Shown: piece by piece, positions 62,434-64,000 of the stretch | How the letters are laid out: each line of letters begins with the position of its first letter | How positions within the stretch are numbered: position 1 is the first letter of the stretch | From: an uncultured virus (IMG/VR IMGVR_UViG_3300001041_000018) | Lineage: Duplodnaviria > Heunggongvirae > Uroviricota > Caudoviricetes | Length of the DNA stretch: 64,000 nt | Virus record (IMG/VR): IMGVR_UViG_3300001041_000018 | Direction: 5' to 3' (one strand) | Made by a program: the position numbers and the translations under genes | The notes under the pieces: generated by a model | What the model was told of the DNA's origin: nothing | Databases searched by the model: none | The model's input: only the letters and a program-made list of their open reading frames with translations

Positions 62434-62465
62434 TCTGGCTCCTCCAAGGATTCACATCTGAATTC

Positions 62466-62621
62466 TTATTCTTGCTCCTCAACCTTCTTTTCAGCCAACT
62501 GAGCATTCGCCTGCTTCATGATCTTGTCGATCAGCCCAACGACTTCTTTGAAGGGCTTTTCTTGGAGAGAAGCTAAAATGTAGTTGATTTCATTTTCTGC
62601 GAGTTCGATCTGAAAGTTCAT
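62466..62621 (-). CDS. Small coiled-coil protein (51 aa), tail-fibre associated
   Basis: Translated by hand: EINYILASLQEKPFKEVVGLIDKI. Confidence 0.65.
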   Translation of the reverse strand: MNFQIELAENEINYILASLQEKPFKEVVGLIDKIMKQANAQLAEKKVEEQE

Positions 62622-62632
62622 TTTATTTCCTT

Positions 62633-62908
62633 TTATTGGTTGAGGTCTCGTGCTTCTCTAGCAGCGATTGTCTTCGCGTTCAGATGGTTGTAGACGAACA
62701 TGTCATCTTCATTCTCAGGGTCGAAGGTCAGGCAGAGGTTCCCGTTGGGCTTGGCAGAAACTTTCACGCCTTCAGCATCTACGGTGATTACTTCCTCAAC
62801 CGTCATTACGGAGGGCATCTGGCCGTAGGTGTTCTCAATCCTGATTGCACATGTGCGTTCCCAAGTGGTAGCGGAAACTGGCTTCTCGTTATAGTTGGGT
62901 GTGCCCAT
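62633..62908 (-). CDS. Putative tail fibre chaperone
   Basis: Position directly downstream of the fibre gene; RBS. Confidence 0.6.
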   Translation of the reverse strand: MGTPNYNEKPVSATTWERTCAIRIENTYGQMPSVMTVEEVITVDAEGVKVSAKPNGNLCLTFDPENEDDMFVYNHLNAKTIAAREARDLNQ

Positions 62909-62922
62909 TTTTATGGCTCCTT

Positions 62923-64000
62923 TTATGCGAGTGCTAGGGTGACAGAGCGGATAACACCATCAGACCCCCGCATCCCGAGCTGAATATGCGTGTTGTCAAC
63001 CATTACTATATGAAAATCATAGTTATCTGTAAGGGTTTGTCCTGCGGCTATGTTGCACCTAACGTTGCCCGCGAAAGTAACATTCCCATTCGCCTGTAAC
63101 ACCGCGCCAGAGCCATTGTCTGTAGTTGTGCCTACTAAGAGATTCCCACCATACGGTACGACAGAGAGTGTTGCATTCCACGTACCTCCCGCCTCTGAGC
63201 ACATAATCCGACCAATGCCGCCAGCGGTATCAATAGTAACTGCACTTGCTAATGGCGTTGACACAGCCGCACCACTGAATGTACCCGCGCCTGCAACCTG
63301 TAACACCGCGCCAGAGCCGTTTTCGGTGGTGGTGTTCACAAGTACAGTACCCGTACCCTTTATGCAAAGTGGTGTATTAATATTTGTGCTAGAAGTGCGC
63401 ATTCTGAACATTATTGATGCACTGGCACTGTCGTATGTTTGGTCGATGTATAGTGCTGTGTCTCCTGCTGCGGCATAGGTGAATTTACCTTGGTATGTGG
63501 GCGTGGTCCCGGCTATAAATGAGCCGTTATTAACGTCTCCTGCGTTTATAGAACCATTCACCTGCAACTTCGCACCAGAGCCGTTGTCTGTAGGGGTGTT
63601 GATGAGGAGGTTGCCTGTGTTTGTTAATCGCATATCCTCAACTATGGTTGTCCCGCCGTTGGTGGAATGACCGAACCTCAGCATCGGGAATGCTGCCTTA
63701 CTGTGGATGATCCCGCCGTCATTGTCTGAGACGAAGACAAGCCCCTTGGCTGCGTCAGAAAATGCGTTAAGGCTGAGTTTAGGAGAGGTTGCTGCTATCG
63801 TTACACCCGCAGCACTCAAAGCCCCCACACTAAACGCCTGCGCAGCCCCAGGCCCAGCCAAAGGAGATTTCCCCGCCAACGCATCGGTATAATCAGGAAT
63901 TGCCGCGTCCAACTTCCGGATGACCTCGTGGGTCAGGTGGAACGCGAATTCGGAATCCCCTGTCTCGATTTCTGCCAATCCTAAATTAGGCGTGAAGTCC
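62923..64000 (-). CDS. Tail fibre protein (start just outside window)
   Basis: Frame open to the window edge (DFTPNLGLAEI...); three NGSGAxLQ repeats. Confidence 0.8.
   Translation of the reverse strand, partial: DFTPNLGLAEIETGDSEFAFHLTHEVIRKLDAAIPDYTDALAGKSPLAGPGAAQAFSVGALSAAGVTIAATSPKLSLNAFSDAAKGLVFVSDNDGGIIHSKAAFPMLRFGHSTNGGTTIVEDMRLTNTGNLLINTPTDNGSGAKLQVNGSINAGDVNNGSFIAGTTPTYQGKFTYAAAGDTALYIDQTYDSASASIMFRMRTSSTNINTPLCIKGTGTVLVNTTTENGSGAVLQVAGAGTFSGAAVSTPLASAVTIDTAGGIGRIMCSEAGGTWNATLSVVPYGGNLLVGTTTDNGSGAVLQANGNVTFAGNVRCNIAAGQTLTDNYDFHIVMVDNTHIQLGMRGSDGVIRSVTLALA

Larger units (their letters stand above)
1656..62463. repeat. Dispersed 14-bp palindrome ATTCA-N4-TGAAT, 21 perfect copies found by eye
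   Basis: Starts at 1656, 4932, 9154, 9948, 11913, 14796, 18383, 20380, 23276, 23559, 28148, 28476, 28987, 32578, 37176, 37281, 39824, 49479, 56378, 57702, 62450; near-matches at 8878, 8925, 11032, 11437, 11455, 37311, 37329. Confidence 0.95.

Noticed and set aside
1..64000. Stop-codon reassignment
   Set aside because: Conserved genes are full length under the standard code, and TAA, TAG and TGA all end genes properly
62923..64000. Diversity-generating retroelement target
   Set aside because: No reverse transcriptase and no template/variable repeat pair differing at adenines was seen

Overview
A 64 kb piece of a large, probably virulent dsDNA tailed phage genome. From 1 to 55608 all credible genes are on the + strand. 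First comes a cassette-like early region of short ORFs with a serine recombinase. Then comes a replication and nucleotide-metabolism arm whose gene set resembles T5-like phages: SF2 helicase, DnaB, primase, family A polymerase, flap endonuclease, SSB-like protein, SbcD/SbcC, RusA-like resolvase and dUTPase. The arm also has ThyX, anaerobic NrdD/NrdG, an ATP-dependent DNA ligase, an intein-containing RtcB and a second (Rnl2-type) RNA ligase. After a bidirectional terminator near 55640, lysis and tail-associated genes run on the - strand. The most notable unexplained structure: (1) a full-length but apparently catalytically dead paralogue of the DNA ligase, fused to a zinc finger and coupled to SbcC; (2) about 21 perfect copies of a palindrome ATTCA-N4-TGAAT, spread over promoters, gene junctions and even coding regions, with a tandem MarR-like pair as the likely reader; (3) a gene-free ~300 nt region with extensive nested pairing (candidate ncRNA); (4) two paralogous antisense promoter/sRNA elements; (5) repeat-bounded gene cassettes; (6) a class 3 lipase and a frameshifted secreted protein inside the lysis module. 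All calls come from motif recognition by eye; no searches or folding programs were run.
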